The notes under the pieces: generated by a model
What the model was told of the DNA's origin: nothing
Databases searched by the model: none
What the model saw: the letters and a program-made list of their open reading frames with translations, nothing else
In this document: piece by piece, positions 22,464-32,051 of the stretch
How the letters are laid out: every line of letters begins with the position of its first letter
Position numbering within the stretch: position 1 is the first letter of the stretch
Translations under genes and position numbers: made by a program
Assembly (NCBI GenBank): GCA_963829525.1
Contig: CAWHIJ010000003.1
Span: 1,600,001-1,664,000 of the forward strand
Source of the DNA: an uncultured Actinomycetota bacterium
Lineage (GTDB): Bacteria; Actinomycetota; Actinomycetes; JAHEKZ01
DNA: 64,000 nt
Direction of reading: 5' to 3'

Positions 22464-23971
22464 GTGAGCACGGGCGCCGTCGCCCCAACGCTTGAGGAGT
22501 TCGGCGTTCTGGCCCGTGACCGACGGGTGATCCCCGTCGTGCGCCGACTGATGGCAGACGCCGAGACTCCCGTGGGTCTGTATCGCAAACTGCGCAGGTG
22601 ATCGTCCAGGGACGTTTCTGCTGGAGTCGGCCGAGCACGGTGGGGTGTGGTCTCGCTACTCGATCGTCGGCGTGAGGTCGCACTCGGTCCTGACCGAGGT
22701 GGATGGACATGCGGTGTGGACGGGGGGCGAGCCGCCGGTCGGCATCCCGCGCGTTGGCGAGCCGCTTGCCGTCCTGCGAGGAGGTGCTTCGTGGGTTGCA
22801 CACGCCACGCCAACCGGGTTTGCCGCCGCTGACGGGGGGTCTGGTCGGCTACATCGGCTACGACGCGGTCCGTCGCTGGGAGCGGCTACCGTCGATCGCA
22901 GCCGACGAGCTGCGCCTGCCCGAGATCGGTCTCATGCTCGCTACCGATCTGGCCGTGCTGGACCACTCTGACGGCACCGTGCTGCTCATCGCCAACGCGA
23001 TCAACTACGACGCCACCGATGACCGGGTGGACGAGGCCTGGCTCGACGCGGTTGCCCGGCTCGACGCGATGACGGCGGACCTGGCCGTTTCGACCTCGGC
23101 GACCGTTGCGGTGGTCGATGAAGTCGTCGATCGGGCGTACGTTTCCCGCACTGAGCGGAGCGACTTCTTGGCGGCTGTCGAGCAGTGCGAAGGAGGCGAT
23201 CTGGGCGGGGGATGCCTTCCAGATCGTGGTCAGCCAGCGTTTTGAAATGGATTGCCCAGCCGACAGCCTCGATGTATATCGCGTTCTGCGGGCCGTTAAT
23301 CCCAGCCCGTACATGTACCTGCTGCGTTTCGATGATTTCGACATTGTGGGATCGAGCCCCGAGGCACTGGTGAAAGTTGCCGAAGGCAGAGCGCTCGAGC
23401 ACCCGATTGCTGGAACCCGGTGGCGCGGTCAGACTCCGGAGGAGGACGCTGCGCTTGCGACCGAGCTGTTGGCAGATGAGAAGGAGCGAGCGGAGCACCT
23501 GATGCTCGTTGACCTGGCACGCAACGACCTAGGGCGGGTCTGTCGACCGGGAAGCGTCGAGGTTGTCGATTTCATGACGGTGGAGCGCTACTCACACGTC
23601 ATGCACATCGTGTCGACCGTGGTCGGTGAAGTGGCTCCGGCCGCACGGCGTTCGACGTCCTCGCGGCCACGTTTCCCGCTGGAACGCTTTCGGGAGCGCC
23701 GAAGGTCCGTGCGATGGAGCTGATCGACGAGCTCGAGCCGAGTCGTCGTGGTCTCTACGGCGGTACGGTGGGCTACTTCGACTTCGCCGGAGACATGGAC
23801 ATGGCCATCGCCATTCGTACTGCGCTGGTCCGAGATGGTCGGGCCTACGTCCAGGCCGGGGGAGGTATCGTCGCCGACTCCGACCCCGCGGCTGAGTTCG
23901 ACGAGTCGGTGAACAAGGCGGCCGCAGTTCTGCGTGCGGTCGCCACCGCATCCACTCTCCGCGCGCCGTGA
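22464..23971 (+). CDS. trpE: Anthranilate synthase component I (multiple frameshifts)
   Basis: [61 protein letters not shown]. Confidence 0.95.
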
Positions 23972-24423
23972 CCCGTCTCGGCTCCCGTGGCTGGGTGCTA
24001 GCTCTTCTTGCGCTGTCGGCGACGGCCGGGTTTGCGTCGTCTGTTGAAGCAGCGACGGGGTTGGCGCTGTTGGCTGCCGCGACGATTCCTGCCCTGTTTG
24101 CGGTACCTCCGCGCGGACGTCCGGTTCTCGGTGTCGTTGTTGCGGGCTGTGGCCTTGTTGGCGCGCTCTATGGAGACCTCGGCGATGGCGCCGCTGCCTG
24201 GATCTCGGCTGCCTCACTCACGGTAGCTGCCGTGATCATCACCGTGCGGGGGGCAACGTGGCCCCGTCTGGGGCGACGGTACGACGACGGGGTCTTGGGC
24301 GAACACGCCGGCGAGCCGGTCGACCTGTGGCGCGCACTGGACAGGGGCGAGGACCCCACCGTCGGCGACTCGCCGGGCGCCTCCGGTGGAGGCCCGGCTC
24401 CGAAAGCTGATCCGGTCGACTAG
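23968..24423 (+). CDS. Trp biosynthesis-associated membrane protein
   Basis: TM helices then WP.LG.RYD...[11 protein letters not shown]. Confidence 0.85.
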   Translation: MTRLGSRGWVLALLALSATAGFASSVEAATGLALLAAATIPALFAVPPRGRPVLGVVVAGCGLVGALYGDLGDGAAAWISAASLTVAAVIITVRGATWPRLGRRYDDGVLGEHAGEPVDLWRALDRGEDPTVGDSPGASGGGPAPKADPVD

Positions 24424-24433
24424 CCTGCGCCCC

Positions 24434-24913
24434 GTGAGCACCCCAGAGCCTCCTGGCACTCCCGATCCCTGGCAGCCGCCCGCCGATGGCGTAACGCCCC
24501 CTCCGCCGCCGCCACCACCACCGCCGCCACCACCACCACCGCCGCCACCACCACCGCCGCCACCACCACCCTCGGAGGGGTATGCCCCGAGTTACCCACC
24601 CAACTTCCCCCCGGCCGGACAACCGGGGGCATTCCCTGCCGCACCGCGCTCCAGCGGCAAGGCAACGGCCATCCTGGTGCTGGGCATCGTCGGCCTGGTG
24701 ATGAGCTGCGGATGGGGGCTCGGGATTGTGCCGGCTGTCGTCGCGCTCGCACTGGCGCCTGGTGCCAAGCGCGAGATCGCCGCATCTGGGGGCACCTTGA
24801 CCGGTGATGGCTTCGTCAAGGCGGGAGTCATCTGCTCCTGGATCACTGTCGGTCTGGTCGTCGCGTTCATTCTCTACATCGTTGTTGCAATCGCCTTCGC
24901 CCGCTTGTCCTAG
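24434..24913 (+). CDS. DUF4190 membrane protein with poly-proline tract
   Basis: 25 consecutive Pro codons; SGKATAILVLGI..A..EIAASGG.L.G.G..KAG. Confidence 0.82.
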   Translation: MSTPEPPGTPDPWQPPADGVTPPPPPPPPPPPPPPPPPPPPPPPPPSEGYAPSYPPNFPPAGQPGAFPAAPRSSGKATAILVLGIVGLVMSCGWGLGIVPAVVALALAPGAKREIAASGGTLTGDGFVKAGVICSWITVGLVVAFILYIVVAIAFARLS

Positions 24914-24920
24914 GCTCTGA

Positions 24921-24965
24921 CACTATGGGGCACTATGGGGCACTTATGGGGCACTTATGGGGCAC
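24921..24965. repeat. Intergenic tandem repeat CACT(T)ATGGGG x4
   Basis: Two 10-bp and two 11-bp units plus CAC. Confidence 0.9.
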
Positions 24966-25019
24966 GATCGCCCGCCTTCGTACCGCCTGCGACTTGCGTG
25001 TCTTGAACGAGGAGAACTG

Positions 25020-25226
25020 ATGTCAGCCGAGCACAACGACCACGGCTCAACTCCGGCGGCTTGGACCGCTGTCACCATCATCATGATCGCCTTCGTCGTC
25101 GGCGGGGTAGGCGTGCTGATTGCCCAGGCCGCGGTCTTTTGGGCCGGAGTCGTTCTGGTAATCATCGGGATTGTGGTTGGCAAGGTCATGCAGATGATGG
25201 GGATGGGCGCTCCCGAGTCGTCCTGA
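25020..25226 (+). CDS. HGxxPAAW family membrane protein
   Basis: HGSTPAAWTAV, two TM; SD AGGAG. Confidence 0.9.
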   Translation: MSAEHNDHGSTPAAWTAVTIIMIAFVVGGVGVLIAQAAVFWAGVVLVIIGIVVGKVMQMMGMGAPESS

Positions 25227-25684
25227 TGGCGCAGACCATGGCTACCCTCACGTCGACCCGACATCGCGCGATTGAACGATGGGCGTGGGCGGCCGGTGGC
25301 GCGGCGACGCTTGGTCTGCTTTGGGCGCGCGACCCGAACTCAGCGGGCAACTACGGGTTCTGCCCACTGCGCGCGATGACCGGTCTCGACTGCCCCTTCT
25401 GCGGCGGGCTTCGCGGCACCTACGCCCTGATGCACGGTGACGTCGCGACCGCACTGGACCACAATCTCCTGCTGCCACTCTTTCTGGGGGTGGCCATGGC
25501 TCTTGCCATTCGTGCTTGGGCACAGGCGGGCGGCTCATCGGGAGGAGGCGAGCGCAGCAACGCCCCCACTCGGTCGGTGGCCGGCGCCCCCGTCGCCCTG
25601 TGGTGGGCACTCGTGGCGGTCACCGCTGTCTTCTTTGTGGTCCGGAACTTGCCCTGGTTCCCGTACCTGGACTCAGCGGCCTGA
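25226..25684 (+). CDS. DUF2752 domain membrane protein
   Basis: CPLRAMTGLDCPFCGGLR..HN, F.VVRNLP. Confidence 0.88.
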   Translation: MAQTMATLTSTRHRAIERWAWAAGGAATLGLLWARDPNSAGNYGFCPLRAMTGLDCPFCGGLRGTYALMHGDVATALDHNLLLPLFLGVAMALAIRAWAQAGGSSGGGERSNAPTRSVAGAPVALWWALVAVTAVFFVVRNLPWFPYLDSAA

Positions 25685-26079
25685 TGTCTGACTACCCGCC
25701 CCCACCGCCGCCGGGGGAGTATCCACAGCCCGCGTCTGGGAATCCGTCGGGGCCACCGATACAACCGGACTATCCCGCTCCGCCAGAACATCCTCCGGCC
25801 TACCCGACGGCTGCTGCCCAGTCGCCGAGCTCGGGTAAGGCAGTGGCGGCGCTCGTGCTGGGAATTCTCGGCATCGTGTCGTGCCAGCCACTCGGCATCG
25901 CAGCGATCATCGTTGGCAACCAAGCCGCCGAGGAGATCGCCGCCTCCGGTGGTCGGCTCGGCGGCGATGGGATGGCCAAGGTCGGGGTGATCTTGGGATG
26001 GATCGCTGTTGCGCTGCTCGCCCTGGTGATCGTCGGCTTTGCCTTCTTCTTCATCGCCCTCGCCGTGGCGTCCGGCTGA
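25684..26079 (+). CDS. DUF4190 membrane protein (second paralog)
   Basis: Pro-rich N-terminus, [26 protein letters not shown]. Confidence 0.82.
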   Translation: MSDYPPPPPPGEYPQPASGNPSGPPIQPDYPAPPEHPPAYPTAAAQSPSSGKAVAALVLGILGIVSCQPLGIAAIIVGNQAAEEIAASGGRLGGDGMAKVGVILGWIAVALLALVIVGFAFFFIALAVASG

Positions 26080-26123
26080 CAGGCTGTGCCAAGCGGGAAC
26101 CGACCCGCAGATACCCTGGAGCA

Positions 26124-26936
26124 GTGAGCGTCCTGGCCGAGATCGTCGCAGGGGTCCGAGAGGACCTCGCCATCCGTGAGGCTGCTCGCCCCCTCGAGGA
26201 CGTAAAAGCTGGCGCCAGGAACCGGCCGCAGCCGCTGGACGCATTTGGTCTCCTTCGAGACCACCCGGGGGTAGCCGTCATCGCCGAGGTGAAGCGCTCC
26301 TCCCCGTCCAAAGGCGAGCTGGCACCGATTGCCGACCCAGCAGCCCTCGCCACCCGGTACGCCAGAGGTGGAGCGATGGTCATTTCGGTACTCACAGAAG
26401 GGCGGCGCTTCGGCGGAAGCATTCAGGACCTGCGTGCGGTTCGCGCCGCAGTTGAAGTACCCGTTCTCTGCAAGGACTTCATTGTCACCAGCTACCAGCT
26501 GTGGGAGGCACGCGAAGCCGGTGCAGACTTGGCACTGCTCATCGTCGCCGCCCTCGAGCAGGAGGCGTTGGTCTCGCTGATCGAGCGCGCCGAGTCGCTT
26601 GGCCTGACGCCCCTCGTTGAGGTCCATGACACCGATGAGGTTGAGCGCGCGGTTGCAGCCGGCGCGCGAGTCATCGGCGTGAACGCTCGCAACCTCAAGA
26701 CCCTCGAGGTTGATCCGACGACGTTCTCTCGGGTGTCGCCTGCGGTTCCAGCTGGTGTTCTCCAGATCGCCGAGTCCGGAGTGCGCGGGCCGGCCGACGT
26801 GGTGTCGTACGCACATCAAGGGGCACACGCCGTTCTCGTGGGTGAGGCTCTGGTCACCGGTGCCGACCCCGAGGCTGTAGTCGCTGAACTGGTCGCTGCC
26901 GGATCCCATCCCACCTCTACCCGGGGAGCCTCATGA
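26124..26936 (+). CDS. trpC: Indole-3-glycerol phosphate synthase
   Basis: [33 protein letters not shown]. Confidence 0.97.
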   Translation: MSVLAEIVAGVREDLAIREAARPLEDVKAGARNRPQPLDAFGLLRDHPGVAVIAEVKRSSPSKGELAPIADPAALATRYARGGAMVISVLTEGRRFGGSIQDLRAVRAAVEVPVLCKDFIVTSYQLWEAREAGADLALLIVAALEQEALVSLIERAESLGLTPLVEVHDTDEVERAVAAGARVIGVNARNLKTLEVDPTTFSRVSPAVPAGVLQIAESGVRGPADVVSYAHQGAHAVLVGEALVTGADPEAVVAELVAAGSHPTSTRGAS

Positions 26937-28177
26937 GCATCGACACCCCGCCGCACACGGCCGGCACAACCGGCTTCGACCCAGACGAGACCGGGCACTG
27001 GGGGCGGTTCGGTGGACGCTTCGTCCCGGAAGCGCTGGTGGCGGCTCTTGATGAGTTGACCGCCGCCTTCTGTCAGGCGCGAACCGACCCAGACTTCATC
27101 ACTACGCTTGCGCACCTTCAGCGCACCTACAACGGCCGCCCGAGCCCGCTCACCGAGGCGAACCGGCTGACTGAGCACGCCGGTGGAGCGAAGATCCTGC
27201 TCAAGCGTGAGGATCTCAACCACACGGGTTCGCACAAGATCAACAATGTGTTGGGGCAGGCTCTGCTCACCAAGCGGATGGGCAAGTCCAGGGTCATTGC
27301 CGAGACCGGCGCGGGCCAACACGGTGTTGCGACCGCGACAGCCTGCGCCCTCCTCGGGCTGGAGTGCGTTGTCTACATGGGTGCCGAAGACACGCGTCGA
27401 CAAGCGCTCAACGTCGCGCGTATGGAACTTCTCGGTGCCGAGGTGGTCTCCGTCCAGTCGGGAAGCCAGACACTCAAGGACGCGATCAACGACGCGATGC
27501 GTGACTGGGTGACCAACGTCGACCGCACGCACTACATCCTCGGAACCGTTACCGGCCCACACCCCTTCCCCATGATGGTGCGCGACTTCCAACGGGTGAT
27601 AGGTGACGAGGCCAGGCAGCAGGTGATCGACCTCACCGGCAGCCTTCCTGATGCAGTCATCGCTTGCGTCGGTGGCGGTTCCAACGCCATGGGGATCTTC
27701 ACAGCGTTCCTTGAGGACGCCGATGTTCGGCTCTACGGGTTTGAAGCCGGGGGCGATGGTGTCGGAACCGGCCGTCATGCCGCGCGCATGGCCGGTGGTT
27801 CGCCAGGCGTTCTTCACGGAACCCGCACGTATGTGATGCAAGACGAGATGGGGCAGACGGTCCCATCGCACTCGATCTCAGCCGGTCTGGACTACCCCGG
27901 TGTCGGGCCACAGCATGCCTGGCTGCATGAGACGGGGCGGGTGACCTATGCGCCGATCTCTGATGTCGAGGCTATGGCGGCCTTCGAACTGGTGTGTCGC
28001 ACGGAGGGAATCATTCCGGCCATCGAGTCGGCGCACGCGGTGGCTGGCGCCCTCCAGGTCGGTCGCGAGCTCGGTCCAGACTCGGTGCTGTTGGTGAACA
28101 TGTCCGGACGCGGCGACAAGGACGTTGCCACTGCCGCCGCCTGGTTTGGGATCGATGCCGGCGAGGGTGGCGCGTGA
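26933..28177 (+). CDS. trpB: Tryptophan synthase beta chain
   Basis: [35 protein letters not shown]. Confidence 0.98.
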   Translation: MSIDTPPHTAGTTGFDPDETGHWGRFGGRFVPEALVAALDELTAAFCQARTDPDFITTLAHLQRTYNGRPSPLTEANRLTEHAGGAKILLKREDLNHTGSHKINNVLGQALLTKRMGKSRVIAETGAGQHGVATATACALLGLECVVYMGAEDTRRQALNVARMELLGAEVVSVQSGSQTLKDAINDAMRDWVTNVDRTHYILGTVTGPHPFPMMVRDFQRVIGDEARQQVIDLTGSLPDAVIACVGGGSNAMGIFTAFLEDADVRLYGFEAGGDGVGTGRHAARMAGGSPGVLHGTRTYVMQDEMGQTVPSHSISAGLDYPGVGPQHAWLHETGRVTYAPISDVEAMAAFELVCRTEGIIPAIESAHAVAGALQVGRELGPDSVLLVNMSGRGDKDVATAAAWFGIDAGEGGA

Positions 28178-28983
28178 GCTCTCTGGCTGATCTCTTCGGG
28201 CGCACCCGGGCCGAGAACCGAGCAGCGTTGATTGGGTACTTGCCGGCGGGATTTCCCTCGGTGGCTGGCGCGATCGATGCCATGCACGCCATGGTTGACG
28301 GCGGAGTGGACGCCATAGAGGTTGGCCTGCCGTACTCCGATCCGCTCCTGGACGGTCCGACGATTCAAGAGGCCGTTGACCGCGCCCTGACCGCCGGTGT
28401 CACCACCACCGAAGTGATGGATACCGTTCGTGCCGTTGCCGCCAAGGGCGTTCCGACGATGGTGATGAGCTACTGGAACCCTATCGAGAGGTTCGGAGTT
28501 CAACGCTTTGCCCACGAGCTTGCGTCAGCGGGTGGAGTCGGTGTGATCACCGCAGACATCACCCCAGAAGAGGCAGGGGAGTGGATCTCCGCCAGTGAGC
28601 TGGAGGGCTTGGCTCGGATATTCTTGGTAGCGCCGTCCTCGACGACAGCGCGGATCGCCCTCACCGCTGATGCAGCTTCGGGGTTTGTATACGCCGCTGC
28701 CGTGATGGGCGTTACCGGTGCCCGTGACCAGGTCGGATCCGCGGCCCGCGAGCTCGTCGAGCGGACGCGGGCGGCAACGAGCCTCCCGATCTGCGTGGGT
28801 CTTGGAGTCTCCAGCGGTCGTCAGGCGGCTGAGATAGCAGAGTTCGCCGACGGGGTTATTGTTGGATCGGCGTTTGTCCGAGCGTTGTTGGACGCTCCAA
28901 CACCGGCAGACGGTATTGATCGAGTCCGAGCCCTGGCGGTGGACCTGCGCTCCGGCGTCGCCCGCGGCAACTCGGCGACATGA
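28174..28983 (+). CDS. trpA: Tryptophan synthase alpha chain
   Basis: [32 protein letters not shown]. Confidence 0.97.
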   Translation: MSSLADLFGRTRAENRAALIGYLPAGFPSVAGAIDAMHAMVDGGVDAIEVGLPYSDPLLDGPTIQEAVDRALTAGVTTTEVMDTVRAVAAKGVPTMVMSYWNPIERFGVQRFAHELASAGGVGVITADITPEEAGEWISASELEGLARIFLVAPSSTTARIALTADAASGFVYAAAVMGVTGARDQVGSAARELVERTRAATSLPICVGLGVSSGRQAAEIAEFADGVIVGSAFVRALLDAPTPADGIDRVRALAVDLRSGVARGNSAT

Positions 28984-29609
28984 AGGGCTTCCGCGGCTCT
29001 ACCGCACAGATGTGGATCTCCACGGTACTTCGACTGGGTCTTGCCGTTGTTCTGCTGTGGAGTGGCGGAGCGAAGGTCTCCGAGCCAACTCAGGCGGTGA
29101 TGGCCGTTCAGGCATATCAGATCCTGCCGGCCGGCGTTGGAGAGTTCGTGGGCTACGCCCTTCCGCTCTTCGAGCTAGCGATGGGCGTGGCGTTGTTGGT
29201 GGGAGTGGCAACCCGGATCACCGCGGTGGTTGCCGGCGCATTGATGACCGCATTCGTGGTTGGGGTCGCCTCGGTCTGGGCGCGCGGCCTCTCGATCGAC
29301 TGCGGATGTTTCGGTGGTGGTGGAGCCGTTCCGGAGGGAGAGGCGAATTACCTGCCCGTGTTGCTGCGCGACTTCAGCTTCGTGGCGATGGCTGCCTGGC
29401 TGGTGATTTTTCCTGCGACCCGCTGGGCCATCGATCGCAGCGGCAAGGCGGGCACGGGGGACCTTGGGCTCTACGACGAGTGGGACGACCAAGCAGAATC
29501 GCAGCAGGGGCGCCACCGGCGTGCCGACGACGATGACCGGGGCGGCTACGCCTCAGTCGAGTACTCAGACGATCAGGTAAACGATCAGGCAGAGGAGCCG
29601 AAGCTGTGA
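28980..29609 (+). CDS. MauE/DoxX-family membrane protein
   Basis: RL.L..V...GG.K, AV.AYQILP, RGLSIDCGCFG. Confidence 0.88.
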   Translation: MKGFRGSTAQMWISTVLRLGLAVVLLWSGGAKVSEPTQAVMAVQAYQILPAGVGEFVGYALPLFELAMGVALLVGVATRITAVVAGALMTAFVVGVASVWARGLSIDCGCFGGGGAVPEGEANYLPVLLRDFSFVAMAAWLVIFPATRWAIDRSGKAGTGDLGLYDEWDDQAESQQGRHRRADDDDRGGYASVEYSDDQVNDQAEEPKL

Positions 29610-30421
29610 CGAACGGCGCACGCAACGGGGACACCCACGACGGAGCAGGCAAGGGAGCAGGTCGCCAGGGCGGGAAGGGCCAGGGGGGAAAGCGGGGCGC
29701 ACGAGACCGTCTGGCGTCCGAGCGGGCGCGACAGGCCAAGGCCGATGATCGCAAGCGCAAGCTCTCCAACATTGCGATCGCCACCGTCGTGGCTGTAGTA
29801 GCGGTAATGATCATCGGGTACGCCTGGTGGGCGTCGAATGACAACGGCCCCACCGACGCGGCCCTGCCGGCTCTGGTCGCAGAGCCTGGAGGGGGCGTCG
29901 TCGTCGGCGACGGCCCCGTTGACCTCACCCTCTGGGAGGACTTCCAGTGTCCGGGCTGCAAGCAATTTGAGGAGACGAACTCCGACCTTGTCCGGGAGCG
30001 GGTCGACGCGGGGGACGTCACGGTGACGATCCATCCGCTTTCGTTCCTGGATGCAAAGCTCGGCAACAGCTCCTCGGTGGCTGCAGCCAGCGCCTTCGGG
30101 TGTGCTGCTGACGTGGGCGAGGCTGAGGCGCTGGACTTCCACCAGACTGTCTACGCAAACCAGCCGGCGGAGTCTCCCGGGCAAGAGGCCTGGACAACGG
30201 ACGATCTCATCGGCTGGGGCAACGATGTCGGTATCGAGGGGAGCGAATGGGAGTCGTGCGTCACCGACCAGACTTACGCTGGCTGGGTTGAGCAAGTGGC
30301 CAAGAGTCAAGGAGCTGCGAACATCTCTTCAACTCCGACCGTCTTCATCGACGGAAAGACCTTCGACGTCACCGGCGATCTGGCTGCAGCCATCGACGAT
30401 GCTCTGAAGAACACTCAGTAG
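29606..30421 (+). CDS. Membrane-anchored DsbA/MdbA-like thiol-disulfide oxidoreductase
   Basis: N-terminal TM, EDFQCPGC active site, STPT cis-Pro loop. Confidence 0.9.
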   Translation: MTNGARNGDTHDGAGKGAGRQGGKGQGGKRGARDRLASERARQAKADDRKRKLSNIAIATVVAVVAVMIIGYAWWASNDNGPTDAALPALVAEPGGGVVVGDGPVDLTLWEDFQCPGCKQFEETNSDLVRERVDAGDVTVTIHPLSFLDAKLGNSSSVAAASAFGCAADVGEAEALDFHQTVYANQPAESPGQEAWTTDDLIGWGNDVGIEGSEWESCVTDQTYAGWVEQVAKSQGAANISSTPTVFIDGKTFDVTGDLAAAIDDALKNTQ

Positions 30422-30426
30422 GGCGC

Positions 30427-31335
30427 GTGGCCAACCCGGTGTATTCGATCCCCAGCCCCGCTGACGGCGTCTGGCACATCGGGTTCTTCCCGCTGCGGGG
30501 CTATGCGGTGGCCATCATCATCGGCATCGCGTTGGCGATTTGGATCGGTGACCGTCGGTGGCGTGCCCGAGGCGGCGCCCCTGGCGTCGTCGCAGATGTG
30601 GCGGTGTGGGCGGTTCCTTTCGGCATCATCGGTGGGCGCATCTATCACGTGATCACCTCGCCGGCGGCGTACTTCGGCGATGGCGGCAACCCGGTCGATG
30701 CCCTGAGGATCTGGGAGGGCGGACTCGGTATCTGGGGTGCGGTCTTCTTCGGAGGAGTCGGCGCGTGGATCGGAGTGCGCCGGCGCGGGATCCCCCTGCC
30801 ACCTTTCGGCGACGCGATAGCTCCTGGAATTGCCGTTGCCCAAGCGATGGGCCGCTGGGGAAATTGGTTTAACCAGGAACTCTTTGGGGGCCCCACCACT
30901 CTTCCCTGGGGGGTGGAGATCGATATCGAACATCGCCCCCTTGACTACCTCGACGTCACAACCTTCCATCCCACGTTCCTCTACGAATCGCTCTGGATGC
31001 TGGCGGTCGCCGGCATCTTGGTGCTGGTCGACCGGCGGTGGCGTTTCGGGCACGGGCGACTGTTCGCCCTCTACGTCGCCCTCTATGCATTCGGTCGTCT
31101 TCCCATCGAGCTTCTGCGGATCGACGCTGCCAATGAGATCCTGGGGCTGCGTGTCAACGTCTGGGTCTCGATCGCGACGTTCATCGGCGCCGTGACCTAC
31201 CTCGTAATCTCCTGGCGGCGTGTTCCGGGCCGCGAGTCTTCTGAGGAGCTGCGGGGGACGGTCCATCAGGTCTCTTCGGGATCGGCGGATCCAGATGACC
31301 CTGAACCAGCAGTGCAACCGAAGGGATCCTCGTGA
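30427..31335 (+). CDS. lgt: Prolipoprotein diacylglyceryl transferase
   Basis: GRIYHV, IWEGGLGIWG, GRWGNWFNQEL, HPTFLYE. Confidence 0.97.
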   Translation: MANPVYSIPSPADGVWHIGFFPLRGYAVAIIIGIALAIWIGDRRWRARGGAPGVVADVAVWAVPFGIIGGRIYHVITSPAAYFGDGGNPVDALRIWEGGLGIWGAVFFGGVGAWIGVRRRGIPLPPFGDAIAPGIAVAQAMGRWGNWFNQELFGGPTTLPWGVEIDIEHRPLDYLDVTTFHPTFLYESLWMLAVAGILVLVDRRWRFGHGRLFALYVALYAFGRLPIELLRIDAANEILGLRVNVWVSIATFIGAVTYLVISWRRVPGRESSEELRGTVHQVSSGSADPDDPEPAVQPKGSS

Positions 31336-32051
31336 CCGAGCGAGCTTTTGAAATACACCACTCGCACCGCGATGTGACTGGCGGCTGGTTGCGACCGGCC
31401 GTCTTCGGGGCCAGCGACGGCCTGGTCTCGAACTTCGCGTTGATCGCCGGTGTTGCCGGAGGCACCGCGGCGACGGGCTCGGACAGCACGGCCGTCGTGA
31501 TCGCCGGTCTTGCGGGCCTGGTGGCGGGCGCCAGCTCGATGGCTGCCGGGGAGTACGTAAGTGTCGCCTCGCAAAGTGAGCTGGCTCAGGCCGAGATCGA
31601 GCTGGAGCGGACCGAGCTGGAGAACCGGCCCGAGGCCGAGGAACGCGAACTCGCTGACACCTTCCAACGACGGGGGCTCTCACCGGAGCTGGCCGGCGAG
31701 GTGGCGCGTGAGCTGTCTCGCGATCCCGACCACGCACTCGAGGTGCACGTGCGCGAAGAACTGGGCGTTGACATTCACGAGCTTCCCTCGCCGGTGACGG
31801 CGGGGGTCTCGAGCTTCTTGGCATTCAGCGTCGGTGCGTTTATTCCGTTGTTGCCCTATTTGCTAGGGGCCACAAGCCTCTGGCCGGCATTGATCGTCTC
31901 GTTCGTGGCCCTCTTCAGCGTGGGTGTGCTCGTTTCGCGCATCACTGTGCGCTCGTGGTTGTTCTCAGGAACTCGACAGCTACTGCTCGGCGGTGCCGCC
32001 GCTGGAATCACCTATCTCGTCGGTACGTGGGTCGGCGCCGGAATCGGGTAG
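31332..32051 (+). CDS. VIT1/CCC1 family transporter
   Basis: LRPAVFGASDGLVSN, SMAAGEYVSV, H.REELG. Confidence 0.93.
   Translation: MTERAFEIHHSHRDVTGGWLRPAVFGASDGLVSNFALIAGVAGGTAATGSDSTAVVIAGLAGLVAGASSMAAGEYVSVASQSELAQAEIELERTELENRPEAEERELADTFQRRGLSPELAGEVARELSRDPDHALEVHVREELGVDIHELPSPVTAGVSSFLAFSVGAFIPLLPYLLGATSLWPALIVSFVALFSVGVLVSRITVRSWLFSGTRQLLLGGAAAGITYLVGTWVGAGIG

Noticed and set aside
15137-23971. his/trpE genes as true pseudogenes or programmed frameshifts
   Set aside because: Only small indels, clustered regionally, motifs intact and no shared slippery sites; assembly error is more parsimonious
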